Shown here one piece after another: positions 11,966 through 27,850 of a stretch of 64,000 bases of DNA. The notes under the pieces are model-generated. The model saw nothing but the letters and a program-made list of their open reading frames with translations, did no database searches and was not told where the DNA came from. This DNA comes from Paramecium tetraurelia. Taxonomy: Eukaryota. How positions within the stretch are numbered: the stretch's first letter is position 1; each line of letters starts with the position of its first letter. The stretch lies in the NCBI GenBank assembly GCA_000165425.1, contig CT868518.1:62001-126000 (forward strand), given 5' to 3'. The translations under genes and the position numbers were made by a program.

Positions 11966-12664
11966 ATGCAAAAACAATGTTGCTTCGACTCTCAATAAAC
12001 AATCAATTCTGACGAAGATGACAAAATAATTGACGTTCTAGCCTTTCCTACCAACTTTTTTTAATTTAGTGAAGCTAGCACACAATCCCTCTCTAGTGTA
12101 GAATCTGCGAATTAACCTATTTCATCTCCAAATTATAAATTCATGGGAGGACATTATAGTGCAGAATCCCAAGAGCAGAATAATGTATTCAGAACCTTTA
12201 AAGACTAAAAACCAGTCTAAACTGATGGGAACTTACACCTTTAAATTTAAAAGTACCCTTTTCTTGAACGTCAAAATAAGAAATTAACTCATAGGAATCA
12301 GTAACTTCCAATCGACAAGTTAAATAATCGAGATCGTTGTACTCAAAGAAGTATTTATGAAAAACAAGGGGATAAATATTAAGCCTAACAAAAGATGTCA
12401 CTGACCCCTAGATAAAAGAAATAAAATGAAAAATAGTTTATGCCATCTAAATTAAATGGTATTTTAAAGGTAAGTTGTTTGAAAACTCGTCCAAATGAAA
12501 CTTCCAAAATTCGACCTATTTTTGATCTTCTCATTGGAAGACCTTCAAATAAAAATGTTTCTTTCGTATTTACCATGGAATAAATTAAGACTATGCGAAT
12601 AAATAACAAATCAAATATATTCAATATGCCCATGGAAAAGAATACCAAGCTTTTTCTTGTTTGA
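11966..12664 (+). CDS. Hypothetical low-complexity protein (232 aa) with GILK and KNVSF motifs
   Basis: Intronless 233-codon frame in ciliate code. Confidence 0.65.
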
Positions 12665-12901
12665 GTATAAATAATTTATATTATTATTATATTGTTCAAA
12701 TCTTGTACTATTTTTTATATAATTAATTAATTAATACTAAAAATGAAATCTAAATTAATTTCTTATCATTTAAGGATGAATGAATTTAGAATTCCTTTCG
12801 AATCTAGTAAATGTGGATAGAAATCGAAACTTATTGAAACCATTTTGAAATTTCTATTCCCAGATTAAATTAGTCAATTATATAATTTATAAGGCATCAC
12901 A

Positions 12902-13869
12902 TCACTTAAATTTATCCTTGTCCTTTTTGTCAGGCGGTGTCACATTCAGCTTCAGGCACTTCCCCTTCTAAGAATTTTCAGTTATGTACAATACCCCTGG
13001 TTGTAATCTAGATTATACAAAAATTTAAGCTTACACCGAAAATGTCATTCCTGTCAATTCAGGATATTGAGGCAATATTATATTATCGATATTAATGCCA
13101 TTCTGATTATACACACTAATCAGTCCATCCTCAGTCACTTAAGCGAATTCATATCTGGCTACGTACAAGAGATCAGTTGATGAAACAGCACAAGCCATTG
13201 GACCGAACCTCCCTTAAAATTGAATATAAACGCTAAATTTATGGGGAAGCTGATACCTAAAGTAGTATATCCCAGCATTTGCCTAAACAAATCTGAGAAT
13301 TCTATTCTTTCCTGTTTCACACAAGTAAATGGTTTTCTCGTCATTTCCCATACATATTCCACTGGGAAATGAAAGACAATACAATGCTAAGGCTTTACAT
13401 GTTAAATTTTCCAGATCTGCTGCAAACAATGATCCTTTGCAGTTATCTATTGCAGTTTCTCCAAAAGGTCCAGAATCAGTGAAGAATACCATGTCTAAGG
13501 GTTATTGAGTGAATTACTATTTTTAGGAGAGAGCAAAATGGAATTCGGACCAAGAAGAGGCATTCCTTCAAACTCATTTATGAAATCAATAATTTCATCG
13601 TTGTTCTCATCTTGACTAAACCTCTAAATGCATTATCTAGCCATGTTAGCTACGTAAAACACTTTGTTCTTATTATCCATTTTTATTGAGTGAGGTTGAC
13701 TAGCTACATGAAAAAATGTCTGTTTTGAGAATGTAAATCATACTTTAGATTATTCATCCTTGTATTAAATTATTTCTCCATTTTATGCAGCCACATAAAC
13801 AGCTCCATCTACTTCGATTGGACTATTGAGTTGAGATTGCTGTTCAATTATAATTTAAGGAGCTGACAT
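12902..13869 (-). CDS. SMP-30/gluconolactonase/strictosidine-synthase-like beta-propeller
   Basis: LLGPNSI, VFFTDSGPFGET, LSFPSGICMGNDEKTIYLCETGKNRILRF motifs; several short introns. Confidence 0.8.
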
Positions 13870-14110
13870 TTGAAAAATAATTATTGTAAAAAATAATATT
13901 AGAATGACTCCAGTTTGTTTTTATAACTAATGATATGCAGTTTCAGGAAGAATTCAGTCTACCCTATTTGGCTACTTTATAGTATTGACTAATAATGGAT
14001 GCAAAGAGAGAAACAAGGAAGTTTGTTAACAATTATGTGTTAAAAGGAAAACCAGACACTTTAGAAGATGGAGGTCAAAAATGGTATATATTTATATGAA
14101 TATTTATATA

Positions 14111-15601
<1,491 letters not shown>

Positions 15602-16484
15602 TATTTTAATATTTAATCAATAACTTTAAATAATAAATTTAATTTATTAGAGATTCCTTGGTCTGTTTGATTCCATTCTCTCTCTCATATAATTTTAAAT
15701 TTGCAAAACTTATAATTGGAATTTTAATTCACAAAAGTAATAAAAATTTATTAACTTCTTATATTACTAAATAAATTCTATATCAATTAATATTATATTA
15801 AGACAAGTCAAAAAACAAGGGATAAATTTAAAACTTTTGTGATATTTTTGTTTTAAAGTGAGAAAAAAGTTCTAATAAGTAGAGATAAAGTATATCTCTA
15901 TATTATTAATATGAAAAAACACTAGAAAAACATGTTTAATTCCTAAATATTTATATATATTTAAAATTATTGAAACAGTTCAGGGAGGAATAAAGATAGT
16001 TAAATGTAAGAAGACTAATAAATTACCACACGTTGCCCGAATAAAAATTCTATTACTCTATAAATTAAAAACCAAAGTACACTTTATTATCCTCAATAAA
16101 AGGTGTTGTAATTAGAAAAATAGTTTGAATTAATAAATATAAAACTATTTTTGGTTTCATCTTTCCTATCTCCCTATCTCTATATTTTTATACCCCGCTT
16201 ATTTCTCAGATAGTATAATTTTGAGTTAAATTCAATTAACAATCTGAAATTCTTAATTTACACATTGATTTTTCTGTTGATTATTATTATTTTAAATTGA
16301 TAGCAATTATGTTGTAACTAGAAAAATTAAAAGCAATGTGCTAAAAGTAATAATATATATGAAAATTATTTTATATATATAAAATTAATGTTGCATCATT
16401 TTTTGTATAATCAAACAAATATCGAGATATTAAATACAATTTAATTGCGTAATAATGAATTAACACATTTATTCAAAATCAATA

Positions 16485-17163
16485 TCATGAGAAGACTCTT
16501 TTGATTATATTGAAATCCCTTTGTTTAACAGCTTCTGAAAAGGCTAGTAAGATTTTATAGGGTGCAAGAAATAAGCAAATGATTAGTCCAAGTATGAACA
16601 TAGGGATGCTAAAAAGCAAATTAACAATAATTATAATGGTTATGCTGTCAATTTTTCTCTCTATTCTTTACATAACATCTTCAGTTTTTTGAATTGAGAG
16701 AGCAAAAGCTATAATCGGAAACAAAGACAACATTAGTGTAATTTAGAGACAATTTACAAGAGTATACAGCAATGTGATTTTCAGTTCAATCATCCATTAA
16801 CAATTAGTACATTAAAAGGTCTGATCTTTTTTTGATGTAAAAAGTTCCAAGAATATCAAACATTTTGGACAGCATTTTTTATGAAGCATTATATAATTGT
16901 GAAAGTCAATTCCAATAAGCGTATTTGATTGATTTAGAGGATCAAAACTGTCAATATAGCCTAATTTAACAGTGTAATATACTTGTGGTGTAGTTAGAGA
17001 TGGATAATAAAGTATGAAGTTTTTTATTTGATTCAACCATAATTTGATATTATTGTTTTATTAGATCTTTAAAGTGTGTGTTATAATCTGAATATTAAAT
17101 CAAAGATTACTTTAATATAAATTTAGTGATTTATAAATAACTTAATATATACTTATTATGCAT
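16485..17163 (-). CDS. Small protein with degenerate IBR-like Cys cluster and two C-terminal hydrophobic helices; start uncertain
   Basis: KKCCPKCLIFLE...CTNCQW followed by two TM-like segments, ends VFS-TGA. Confidence 0.4.
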
Positions 17164-17384
17164 TTAATTGCTGCCAATTTTTAGGCTTAAATTTAGTGAA
17201 ATGTGAATTACCCAGAAAAAAAAAGGTTAGTTAATTTTTTTATTTTAGATTTTCAATATACATCAAATAATTAATAATTAATTTGGAACTTAGATATTAA
17301 TTTACATATGCTTTTTTTTATCAATTTGGCAACCTAGAAAAGAAATAGAGCTTTCAGAATTAAGATATATATACATTTTGTATT

Positions 17385-18140
17385 TCACTTATTAATCAAC
17401 TAAATAATATGATAAATTTAGGAATTATTAAAATCTTTGGATATCATCAGTAATTTTCTTCTAATCTGCTTTCTTTAAGACCTTTGAGGGCTTTGAATAA
17501 CTAGACTTTATTTTTGATTTTAATTGTAGTAATGCTTTGAATGGATTTCTTATTTACTATCTTAACTAAAGTTAAACTGATTATGCCTTATAAATGGTGA
17601 TGCCTATCTATTGATATTCATTTGTTTTCGATATTCATTAAAAGGTAATTTTTAGTGTTACTTGTATTTTGGAGATTGAGATTGTTGAGTTATGCATTTC
17701 TTAGCAAAATTAATGTTGAAGGGGTTTGAATTAATTTTAGGTTGATGTTATTCAATACTATTGTTAAGCAAATCACTCAATTGTTTTAATTAATTAGTAT
17801 ATGGAGTTTGAACATATTCTTGCCATCCTTGTAAATCAGGTTTTAAATTCAGCTTAATATAGTTGTATAATATATTTATATTATTCAATTGAAGAATGAA
17901 GTTTTAGTATATCTTTTTTGTTGTTGTGTTATGCTCTTTAATGCTTAGCTAAGAATGTACTATTGAAATGAAAGAAGTTATTTTCTAATATACTAGAGTT
18001 TTTATTGATCCTTGATGCTCTTGATTTAGAAACTTATAAAAGACTTCTAAAGATGAAATATATTTCGGTTCATTATTATGATTGGACTAAGCATTAATTA
18101 TTTAATTATAATGAAGAATTGAATAGAATAGAAATTGCTA
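17385..18140 (-). CDS. Hypothetical protein or degenerate gene (about 250 TGA-free codons, no clear start)
   Basis: Long open minus frame (...LKPDLQGWQEYVQTPYTNQLKQLSDLL...), bounded upstream by TGA. Confidence 0.35.
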
Positions 18141-18553
18141 TCAGGGAGAGTATGAATGCTATGAATTGTTTAAATGATTAGATTTTATAAAGAGTATATA
18201 ATGTTCTTTAAGGATTTATGATAGCTTAGAAAATATAGAATAAAGGTATTAAATTATCTCAAGGATCTGGATATTCTGTATCTAGACCCAAAAATTCTAG
18301 TAAATTGTCATTCATTAGAAACTTCATAAGTTAATTTTGCAATTCTAGAAATCATCAGAAAAGTTGGAGAAGTTAATATTTTTATAACTATAGAATTAAT
18401 CATAAGAATTGTATTTAGTCAACCTTTTTAAGACTAGCTTCTTAGAGGATAATACTAAATTGTTGTTTCTTCAATAAATGATCTATTAATTTAATACAAA
18501 TAATGTAAATAGGTGAGTATTTCAATTATTGATTAATAAAAATAATATTAAAA

Positions 18554-19573
18554 TCATAAATTTGCAAGGTACTCTATAAAATTATTCTAACAAGCATCCT
18601 GTTTCTTTGATTATATCCTATCTTCTATAAACTTTTTAATTGTCATAATTTTATTAAATTATTCTTAAAGAACAACTATAACATATTCAAATGCTTCTTT
18701 TATAATTTCTCTGTTTCTCCAAACAAAGTCAAACAAATCATTTATCCCTTCAACATAGTCATTAAAAGTGGATGTTATCTAATTATATAAAATCCCCATT
18801 TAATCTTACCCTTCCTCAATTTATTTTTTAATAGAAGAAGCAACTTAACTAGAAAATTCCAAAACATCACTAGTAAATTTTAAAAATGGCGAGGAATAGT
18901 CTATAACTTATTTTTTTAATTTTATGACTTGTTGTGGCATGTTAGGCAATTAATTATATAAATCTGAAATACTCTCTGCAATTTTTGTATAGGAATTGGA
19001 GTTAGTAATAAAATTTAATGATTAGCTCCAAAATGATTCTTCTTATTTATTATTGTTTTATTCAAACAAATTATTCGAACCATTAGATGACTTATCATTA
19101 CTTTGTTAATTTTCTTGTGGATTAGGTTAGGACTTTACTTATTCCTCTTAAGTACAATATTCATTTCTAAAGCAACTAAACACTAAATAGATTATGCCTA
19201 CTACAGTTCCAACACACAAGCTAGGAATTAATAATAAAATTGATTTTCCCATAGCAACCGCTTATAAAAAAGAAAAAAATGAGCCAGCTGCTACATTTCC
19301 AATCAAAGATTATAAGAAAGCTGCAAAAGAACCTGCAGCTGGGCCCATTGCTGTGAAACCAGCCAGCCAGATAGCTATTTTGGCAATTACGAATGAAGCA
19401 AAAGTAGTAACACTTTGAAATGTAAAGGCAGATGTAATATGATTGTTTATGCATCCAAAGATTTTTTCCTTATTATATTCCAAGCATCTTTTGTATTTAG
19501 GTATATCTTCCTTAGCTTAATTGCCTCCAAGAGTTAAGATGATAAAAAAGATGGAAATTAATTTTCTGTTCAT
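18554..19573 (-). CDS. ISG12/IFI6/IFI27 (FAM14)-domain membrane protein with signal peptide (339 aa)
   Basis: Intronless; WLAGFTAMGPAAGSFAAFLQSLIGNVAAGSFFSFLQAVAMG matches the GF..G.AAGS.AA..QS..G.VAAGS.F..LQS..M signature. Confidence 0.8.
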
Positions 19574-19923
19574 AATTAATTAAGTACATTTATTTAATTT
19601 TAAGTTTTGTTTAATACATCCCTTATCGAAATAATTATGAACATGAAATAACAATATTAATATAATACTTAATACTCTAATAATTATTATCCAATATAAC
19701 TTAAAGAATAAAGGTATCTATAAATTTCTAAATAGAGATTTCATAAAATCTAAAAATATCATAAAACTCCAACTAATTATTTAAAAATCAAGATTTTTGA
19801 GGTTCAACTTTTGCAATAACACAAAATAGTTCTCTGTACTTTTTCAATGAAAATTATTACTTAGTAACTAGAAAAGAATCAAAAAAACTTAGGAAATAAA
19901 AAAATATAGATTTGCATATTAAA

Positions 19924-21053
19924 TCAGAAATCCTTTGGAATTGTTTTACATTAATCGCATAACTTCTTTTCAATGAATTCGATCAATTTTAGATTTTCTT
20001 CTCTCAATCTTTGATTCTCTATATATAAGTTATTGTGATCTTTATCTTCATTATTATTATCTGAAATTGAATTCCTTTTCTTATATATATAAGTTTTAAA
20101 TAAATACTTCCAATTTTGAAAGTTCCTCTTTGAGTTAATTATTGAAGTAATGTTATTTTTAATTTAAACATAAAGACATTTTTAGTTTGTTTTACAAATC
20201 CTCCTTAGTTTTTTCATTTTCAGTCATCTGAATGGCTGAATCTTCAATGTTTTTGTTTGTTTTTGGTTATATACAATGAATGCTTTGATGGATTTGCAAT
20301 TGTTAATCCAAAATGGAATGTGAAATTGATTTTCGCGGTGAAATTGATGATATTTAAGAGATATGAGTTGTGCTGTTGATCAGTTCTTTAGAAAAGGCTG
20401 CTTAAATAATATTAGATTATGAAGGTAATTAACAAGATGAGCCAAAAGAACTCACAGATTGGATAACAGAAAGATTTATTTTATCTACAATTTGCTTTTG
20501 AAAATAGTCATAAAATCTTACTCTATATATGCGTTATCTCATAGCTTGCAATTCATAATCTAAAATCTATTGTTGTTGTTCTTCATCTAAATTTTCACTA
20601 TTTTACAAGGGAAACGAATCGAAAGATAATCTTGGTTGATTAGTGAGTTCGTTAAGATAGTGGCCAATCACTTCATTTAACTTAAAACCTAGTTGATCTA
20701 ATTTGGTGTTTAACTATTCGTTTTATTGAAAATCCATCCCTGGACTTTCAATATTATCTTAATTTAGTTTTGACTTTGTCTCCAAAAGATTATCATTAGA
20801 TCCTAAATAATAATCCTTCAGTCCCAAGATATTTAAATCATTCAACGATACCGAACCTTGTAGATCGTCTCTGTCTTTAATTGTTTATATGTTTTTTTTA
20901 GTCTAAGGTTTATAGAAAAAATACAGTCTCGTTTTTTTGAGTCTTGTCTTCAGAATTGTTACTTTAATTTGGCAATTTGGTTTATGAAGAGGACAGTGAA
21001 ATGCCACATATGTCCAAATCATGCTCTGAAGTACTTTCATTTCCTATTTTCAT
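19924..21053 (-). CDS. Hypothetical protein with coiled-coil segments
   Basis: MKIGNESTSEHDLDICG...; 22-nt intron; ends LCDQCKTIPKDF-TGA. Confidence 0.6.
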
Positions 21054-21205
21054 TTGATTATAAACTAAATTATGAAATATATAAAAGTTAATTTTTGATA
21101 TCTAACTTAAATTAAAAAATCTTGATAGTTTTTTTTAATTTTGTGACTCATGCAATGAAACCACAAGTCTCAAAGTAACTTAATATTATTCATAATTTAT
21201 TTAAT

Positions 21206-22440
21206 ATGATTAATAAAATAATTGACTAATAGCATAATAATGAACCTCGATAAACTAGGAGTCTGACTAAGGGATTTTCATAGTCAAAACGAAATAGAGA
21301 GAGCGAACTCCTTTATTTGAGCAAAGTGAATGCATTTAGTCAATTGAAAAATTATTAAATTGATTACATTTGTAGGTCAATCAGAAGTGTAGAATTTACA
21401 AGGGGTCATTTAATTTTCTAGGAAGGATAAAAATGCGATGCGATTTATGTAATCAAATAAGGGGAAATAGAAATATTTAAAAAAGAACCCATCAATCAAC
21501 AAATTGAATAACATTTCTAATTGAATAAAAAAAAGTTCGTTCATCAAATGATCAAAGTTCTTGGAGAATCAACTGCCTTTGGAGTAGGAGACATCGGAGC
21601 TGGAATCTATTCCATAAATGCCAGAGTGAGTTCGCATTTTGCTGAGTTATATATGATAAAGGTGTAGGACTATAAGCGTATCCTTGATATGGAACCATAA
21701 ATTAAGTTGCAACAATAGGAATCCGAAAATATGGACAACCTTGAAGTCATAACCAAATATTAATTGCCCTCTCTCTATGATTCTGTTAAGACCTCTCAAG
21801 CTCAGAAACAAGAGATTTAATATCTCAGAAAAGTAAGGAAGGGTATAACATACCTCATCCCATAATCTCAACGAACAGATATTATGAAGAACTCTCACAT
21901 TGATTAATCTCTAGAAGAGATCTATAAGTATTGTAATAAATCTATTCAAGAAAGTCTGTAATCTTGCATCAGAAAATGCTTCCCAACTATCAACAAGTCG
22001 ATTTAGATAATCCTCTCATCTAAGGTTAAGAAGTCATCAATGATCGCTTATTGTTGAATAAAATAATTCAGAAAGAATATACCATCAAAATTCCAAAAGA
22101 ATCACCTAAAACTAATAAATTGATGCAACAAAGCTTTGTTTCATCATAGAATAGTCCAATGAGCAGGAAACTTCAATTAATATTTCAAAAGGATAAAAAA
22201 TTGAAATAAAATTCATCAATATATGAAGTGACACATCGAGAAAAAATCAAGATTATACAAGATTCATCACCTCATTCTAGTTCATTTCGATCTGCAAAAT
22301 TTGATACTGGTAGATCCACATTTCATGCGACTCCCTTATTTGATTAACATGATCCAATTAGATTAAAGTAATTCATACCAACTGAGCTCTTCCCAATCTA
22401 TTGTCATTTAATCAAGCCAGATAATTAAGAAATAAGTTGA
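21206..22440 (+). CDS. Cyclic nucleotide-binding domain protein
   Basis: VEFTRGHLIFQEGQKCDAIYVIKQGEIEI...AFG; 23-nt intron at about 21928-21950 restores frame. Confidence 0.75.
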
Positions 22441-22840
22441 ACTTATTGTTATTTATAGAAATTAAGATTTTTACCATTTGAATGCTCGATTTAAGTATTA
22501 TTATTTACATCAACCAATTAAATAAAGTAATTATCTTTCTTTAGAAAAAAATTATTTTTTTTTTTAAATACGACTTACATTATTTAAAGTTTTCCAAACA
22601 AATTCTAACTGATTATGATTATCTCATCTGTTTATTCCTGGTTACATTAATAATATTCTTCCAAGAGATGCATTTTTATTAAGAATAGCAATTTCATCAG
22701 GTTTTAGAATAATCATTACTTTTCATAGTATACTTTAAAATTGAATTAATAATTGAAGATATTCTAGAGTAATCTTACATATAATGGAATGTATTATCAA
22801 TAATTTAAAGAATAAATTTTGTAATAATAAATATTATTTA

Positions 22841-25800
22841 TCATTTATACATTTCTAAGACTATTTTAATTCTTCTTACAAAATCTTCTTTATTTGAAAT
22901 TTATAACTCTCCTTAGAGATTCTTAAATGCTAAAAAGACTTGATCAATTATTGGGTTTGAGATGATTCCTATTTGATTGGTTATCAGTGTGACAAGCAGG
23001 GTCTCAAACTAGGATAAAAGATTATAATTACATCAGATGGATTAAAAATAGAGATGGCAAATAGAATTTCTGGGATTGCAAACATCATTTTTGAATTTTT
23101 TGGATATATTAAAGTGATTTAACAGCTCAAGTTAAAGATTTCACATAGTAATTATTTTCCCTAGATATTGATGGTATTTATTTTATTTTTAATTGTTTGC
23201 AAATCATTTACATCTCCCACTGAAGCTTCTTAAACTAAAAATGTTGCTATATTGCTCAATAGAGTTCCAATTAAAATGAGTGTTGCACAATTTTCATTGA
23301 TAGTGTCTTCTCCTTAGTTATCATAAATAACATCTTTTAATGTATCTTTACAAATTAGGAAAATATCAAGATAGGAATTCAACTCAGACTTGTAAGCTAA
23401 AGTTTCTGAGTGGTCTTAACATATACAATCAAAACATTCATATAGCAATTTTTTATATTTTGGAATATGCTAAAGCAATGGTCTATAAATTAAGATGAGT
23501 TATATCTATAAGTTAAAAAGATCCAGAAAAGATTAATCATTGTAGATGATGAAAAATCCTTGATTAATTTTCTTCTATCCACATATTTAACTCATAAGAG
23601 CCAAAAGTTTCGATACTTACTTCAATTAGAAATCCGACAATTTTTACTGAGTTTTTGCAGTTTGAATCTACTATTAAATTAAAATGATGAAGAATTTCAT
23701 GGCTTTACCATAAATTTGATACAATATTAATTAAATATTTTCGGTTGACAATCTAGTGTTTCTATTGTAAATGATGAAAACTAGTACTTATTGTAGAAGA
23801 TGGCTTTGAATAATGTAATGATGGCAATCGAAGAATCATAGTCTTTAGCAAACAACTCAATGTTTTCAGGTGTCAATAATTTAGCTAAATCAGGGTATCT
23901 AATTGGATCATATTATTAAATACATAATTCTTAAGAATGTTCTGTAAATGTTATCGACATCTATTTCTGAAGCTATTCCAATAAGATCCCAAACATACTT
24001 AAGTATGTTGATTTTATTAATCTCTGTTAAAATGCTTTATTTTATTTGATTGTAGATATCAACAAGAGCATTGACATAATCATCAGAGCAATCATCTACC
24101 CAAACTATAGTAATTATTTTAAAAACCAAAGCTCTTTTTTTTATATACTGAGGAGTACTCAAACAAGTGATGTTTAATTATAAGAAAAATTACTTCAGCA
24201 TATCTGTGATACTGCATGCCTTAAATACTTTTCTGGGAATGTACTTTTTCACTTTCTAGTAAATATATTCAATCAATTTAAGACTGAATTCTATCAAGAA
24301 AGGATCACCGTATGTAAATACTTAGAAACTAAATATTTGAATATTTGATACCATTCTTCAAGCATAGTCTCCAAAACCAATAAATAATTTTGGTATCTTT
24401 AATCTGCACGTATCAATTAGGAATATAGTTAAGACAGATTCTTAAATTATTGTGTTTCTTATTCATAACAGAATGAATCAATAGTTGTAGTAATAAAGCT
24501 TTCGATAAACGACAGAATTGCCATTTTTAGTATTCTTGTATTCTTTTATACTTATGAATTCATTATAAGTTCCACTATAAATTTTAAGATATAAGCCTAT
24601 CCATCAAGGTTAGGCTTAGGCTCTTCCTTCTATCCAAAATTATAGCAATCAAATCCCAAATTTAAATACTCGGTGTTTGATGTGTGCAATAAAAATACAG
24701 CGGTTAAACATATAACGGAGGCACTTTAATCTAATAATTTATTAATCTTTTATACATTCATTGTCTCCTCTTAATTATTCAATCATCTGTAAAATGAGAC
24801 TAATATTATCTTAGATGTGGGATTTAAATAGACAATGAAAGGGTATGAATGTTAAATCCAATAATTTCTTAAATTTCTTGACACTGCATTCTTATGAAAT
24901 TTCTGTAAATTAGTTTTATTAAAAAAATGTCTACAAAACCATAATTAACTGATTTTGCATCGTTTTATTTATTTGTACATTTAATACATCATTCGAAGGT
25001 AAATGCAATGAACCCTAATACCCAATTTAATTCCAAAGTTCCTGTAATTTTACTATAGGACTATTTGCCATAATTTTGACTCCATATAGTTGAACTGTTT
25101 TTTAGTACACTTATTAAATCAACTAGAAAAAATTATCAAAAATAATCTAAAATTTTGCTATTTTTCTCAATGTCAGATTATTAATGATTCTAACAGCCAA
25201 TGAATGTATTTCAGAGGAAAACTCTACATATTTTATAAATGAATCTTGATTTTAATATAAATAGAGCAATCCTTCCCACATTACTCTTCTGAATCCTCCT
25301 TTGCATTTCTTATTGTGAAATATTGACAATCTTACACAAGCAATCCTTTAAAGCATACCTATACAAAACAGAGCTAGATTTTGATCAATATTTATGAAGC
25401 CGATTGTATCTCGAAAAAGCTCAATCAAAAATACAGGGTCAATTATTAAATCTAAATAGTAATCTGGAAACTAAAAATGAAATTGCTTATATACATTAGT
25501 AAATTAGGAATCCTTTCCTTCATGATCTACATCAATTTCATAATAGCTCAAATTAAAATTCAAGTTCATCAACTAATATAACAAGTTGATAAAGGATTCT
25601 ACCATTACTTTATTTTATGGATATAACGTAATTAAAGTTTCTCCTTACAATTACTTAATTTGTAAGTGAATCGCTTGTAATATTCTCTATAATGATAATC
25701 TAAATTAAGATAATAGAAATACGTTTAAAAATTATTGAGGATTTTCCTAAATTCAATATACCCACTAGCATATGAATATTGTCTAATGCAGCCGATTATG

Positions 25801-26343
25801 TTTTCAAATATTTTAAAAAAGACTATTTTATTTGTTTATAAAGTGCTGGTTATAATTGAACTTATGAGATCTTCAATCTTCAAAATGTCAACCCAATTTT
25901 TCCTCAATAAAAGAGCAATTGTAAATATTACTTAGTTGTACACATAATTTGGATGATTGTGCGATTATTGCAAATAAATTAGAGCAATTTCAATATGCTT
26001 TGTGCACACTTCTGTAATATTTAATCGATGGTCATATTCATTATAAAAGTATTCAGTGTTCACATTTTGATGAGGAAAATTCGTAAAATGATCTCCATTT
26101 ATCAGAGATTTTTAGAGAATTGAATAAAGAACAAACGTGGTTTCAGGATTACCATCTTCTAGTATTAAACTTTAAAACAAGTCAATATTTTAGTAATCTA
26201 GAACAAAGTTTCTAAGTAATTCTAGAACTTGTTAATTTTTCTATTCTATGAAGGTCATTATTGTTTACATTAAAATCTCCTACGCTCATTACAACTTTTG
26301 AATTCTGATGTATGCTAGCCTTCATGACTTAAATTTAATTCAT
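22841..26343 (-). CDS. Large ARM/HEAT-repeat protein, exportin-7/exportin-4-like; start uncertain
   Basis: Over 1000 aa helical protein; TIALLLRKNWVD near the N-terminus and LQISNKEDFVRRI at the C-terminus recall the XPO7/XPO4 ends. Confidence 0.5.
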
Positions 26344-27850
26344 TTAATTATTTTAATTAATTAAGTAAAAAATGAAATCACTTTTTTAAATCTTCCTCCT
26401 TTTCCCCGAAATGGAAGCATTCAAATAATGATACTTATATTTATCTATATAGTATTTTCTAATTGGTGTTAAAATAGCCCAACTAAATTGGATGATACGT
26501 GTTCTTTATATAAATAATTAAGTTAAAGTCATGAATTCAATAAAAACACTCTGAATATTATTTGAATTATAAAATTTCTACTTAATTTCCTATCTCCACA
26601 TCGTTAAATACATTTTTGTTAATGAATTTGATGGATCTTATTATATTATAAAATCAGCATTTTCTTAATAATACAAACTAGTCGTTAGGCTTATCTTCTT
26701 TATTTTCTTGAATTTTTACCTTATTTTATATATCATAGTTTGACTTATTAACTTTTTGCTTTAAATGGTTTCATTATAAATGTCTATGCTCTATTTCACC
26801 TAATTAAAATTTCCTTACTTGAATCTCTTGAATGATTAATTACCATTCGTTGATAGATTTTAAATCATGCAAATTTTCTAATTTAAAAGGATAGAGCTGT
26901 TAATTGATTTAGAATAATTTACAATAGAGATTCTTGGATAACTAACATGATTATGTATTAAATATTCCTATAGTAATGTATTTATCTAATTTTAACCATT
27001 TATCTCATACAAAATTTGATTATAAGTTGAAAAAGAGATATTAAGAAAACAATAATGAATAAATTATAATTAGCAAATTTTGTTACAGTAAAAATTAAAA
27101 ATAAAAAGTAATTTGATATCGAACTAGAAATGAGGTAAAATAATTTAGAACTTAACCCTCCTTTTGAACTCTCTTGAGATGTTAAATACAAAGATTAAAC
27201 GATGTTTTTGTAGAAAATAAAGGAAAAATATACTTAAGTTTTTTATTATCTAATTATTGTATTATCATAAATTATTAATAAACAGTTATTGTATTTAATA
27301 ATTATATAATAATTTTCCCTTGAAAACTACTCTATTTAACCAATTTATTTAGATAACAAACAGAAACTATTTACATACTTGACAAAGAATACAGTATCGC
27401 CAGCATAATAATATTAATACATAAAATGGATCAAGATCACTCTATGCAATCCCAAGGAATTTAGTAACGGCAAAATTTGCTATAAACAGTAATTAATGAT
27501 TAAACCTACCTTTATAAATGATAATATGTTTCAATAAAAAAGCCTTTGTTTTCTTGAATTATTAAAATTCTGGCTTTTAGTATTTAAAAGTACTACATTA
27601 GGACTTCTGTCAACTTAATTAGTAAGAATTTTAACTTTATCAAAAGAACTGCTGGATTGGATTATTCTGAGATATTTATCACTTGCCATTGAAAAATAAC
27701 TAAAACAAATCAAATCTCATAAAATTCATATAAATTAAAGTCTAAATATTCAGGATAATAATTTTAATATTAATGATAAAAATATATCAATTTTTTATAA
27801 AGTTCTTTTTTCATCCTGAAGAATCAACTGATTTAGAACCAAAAAAAATA

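Noticed and set aside
11701..12137. 18-nt direct repeat TTTCATCTCCAAATTATA at 11701 and 12120
   Set aside because: Only two AT-rich copies, one inside an intact CDS; no element structure.
13903..14099. Coding-like spacer between the beta-propeller gene and RUVBL2
   Set aside because: Only short ORFs and no recognisable motif.
17896..18481. Long plus-strand TGA-free frame
   Set aside because: Cannot be joined to a start codon and overlaps a more protein-like minus-strand frame.
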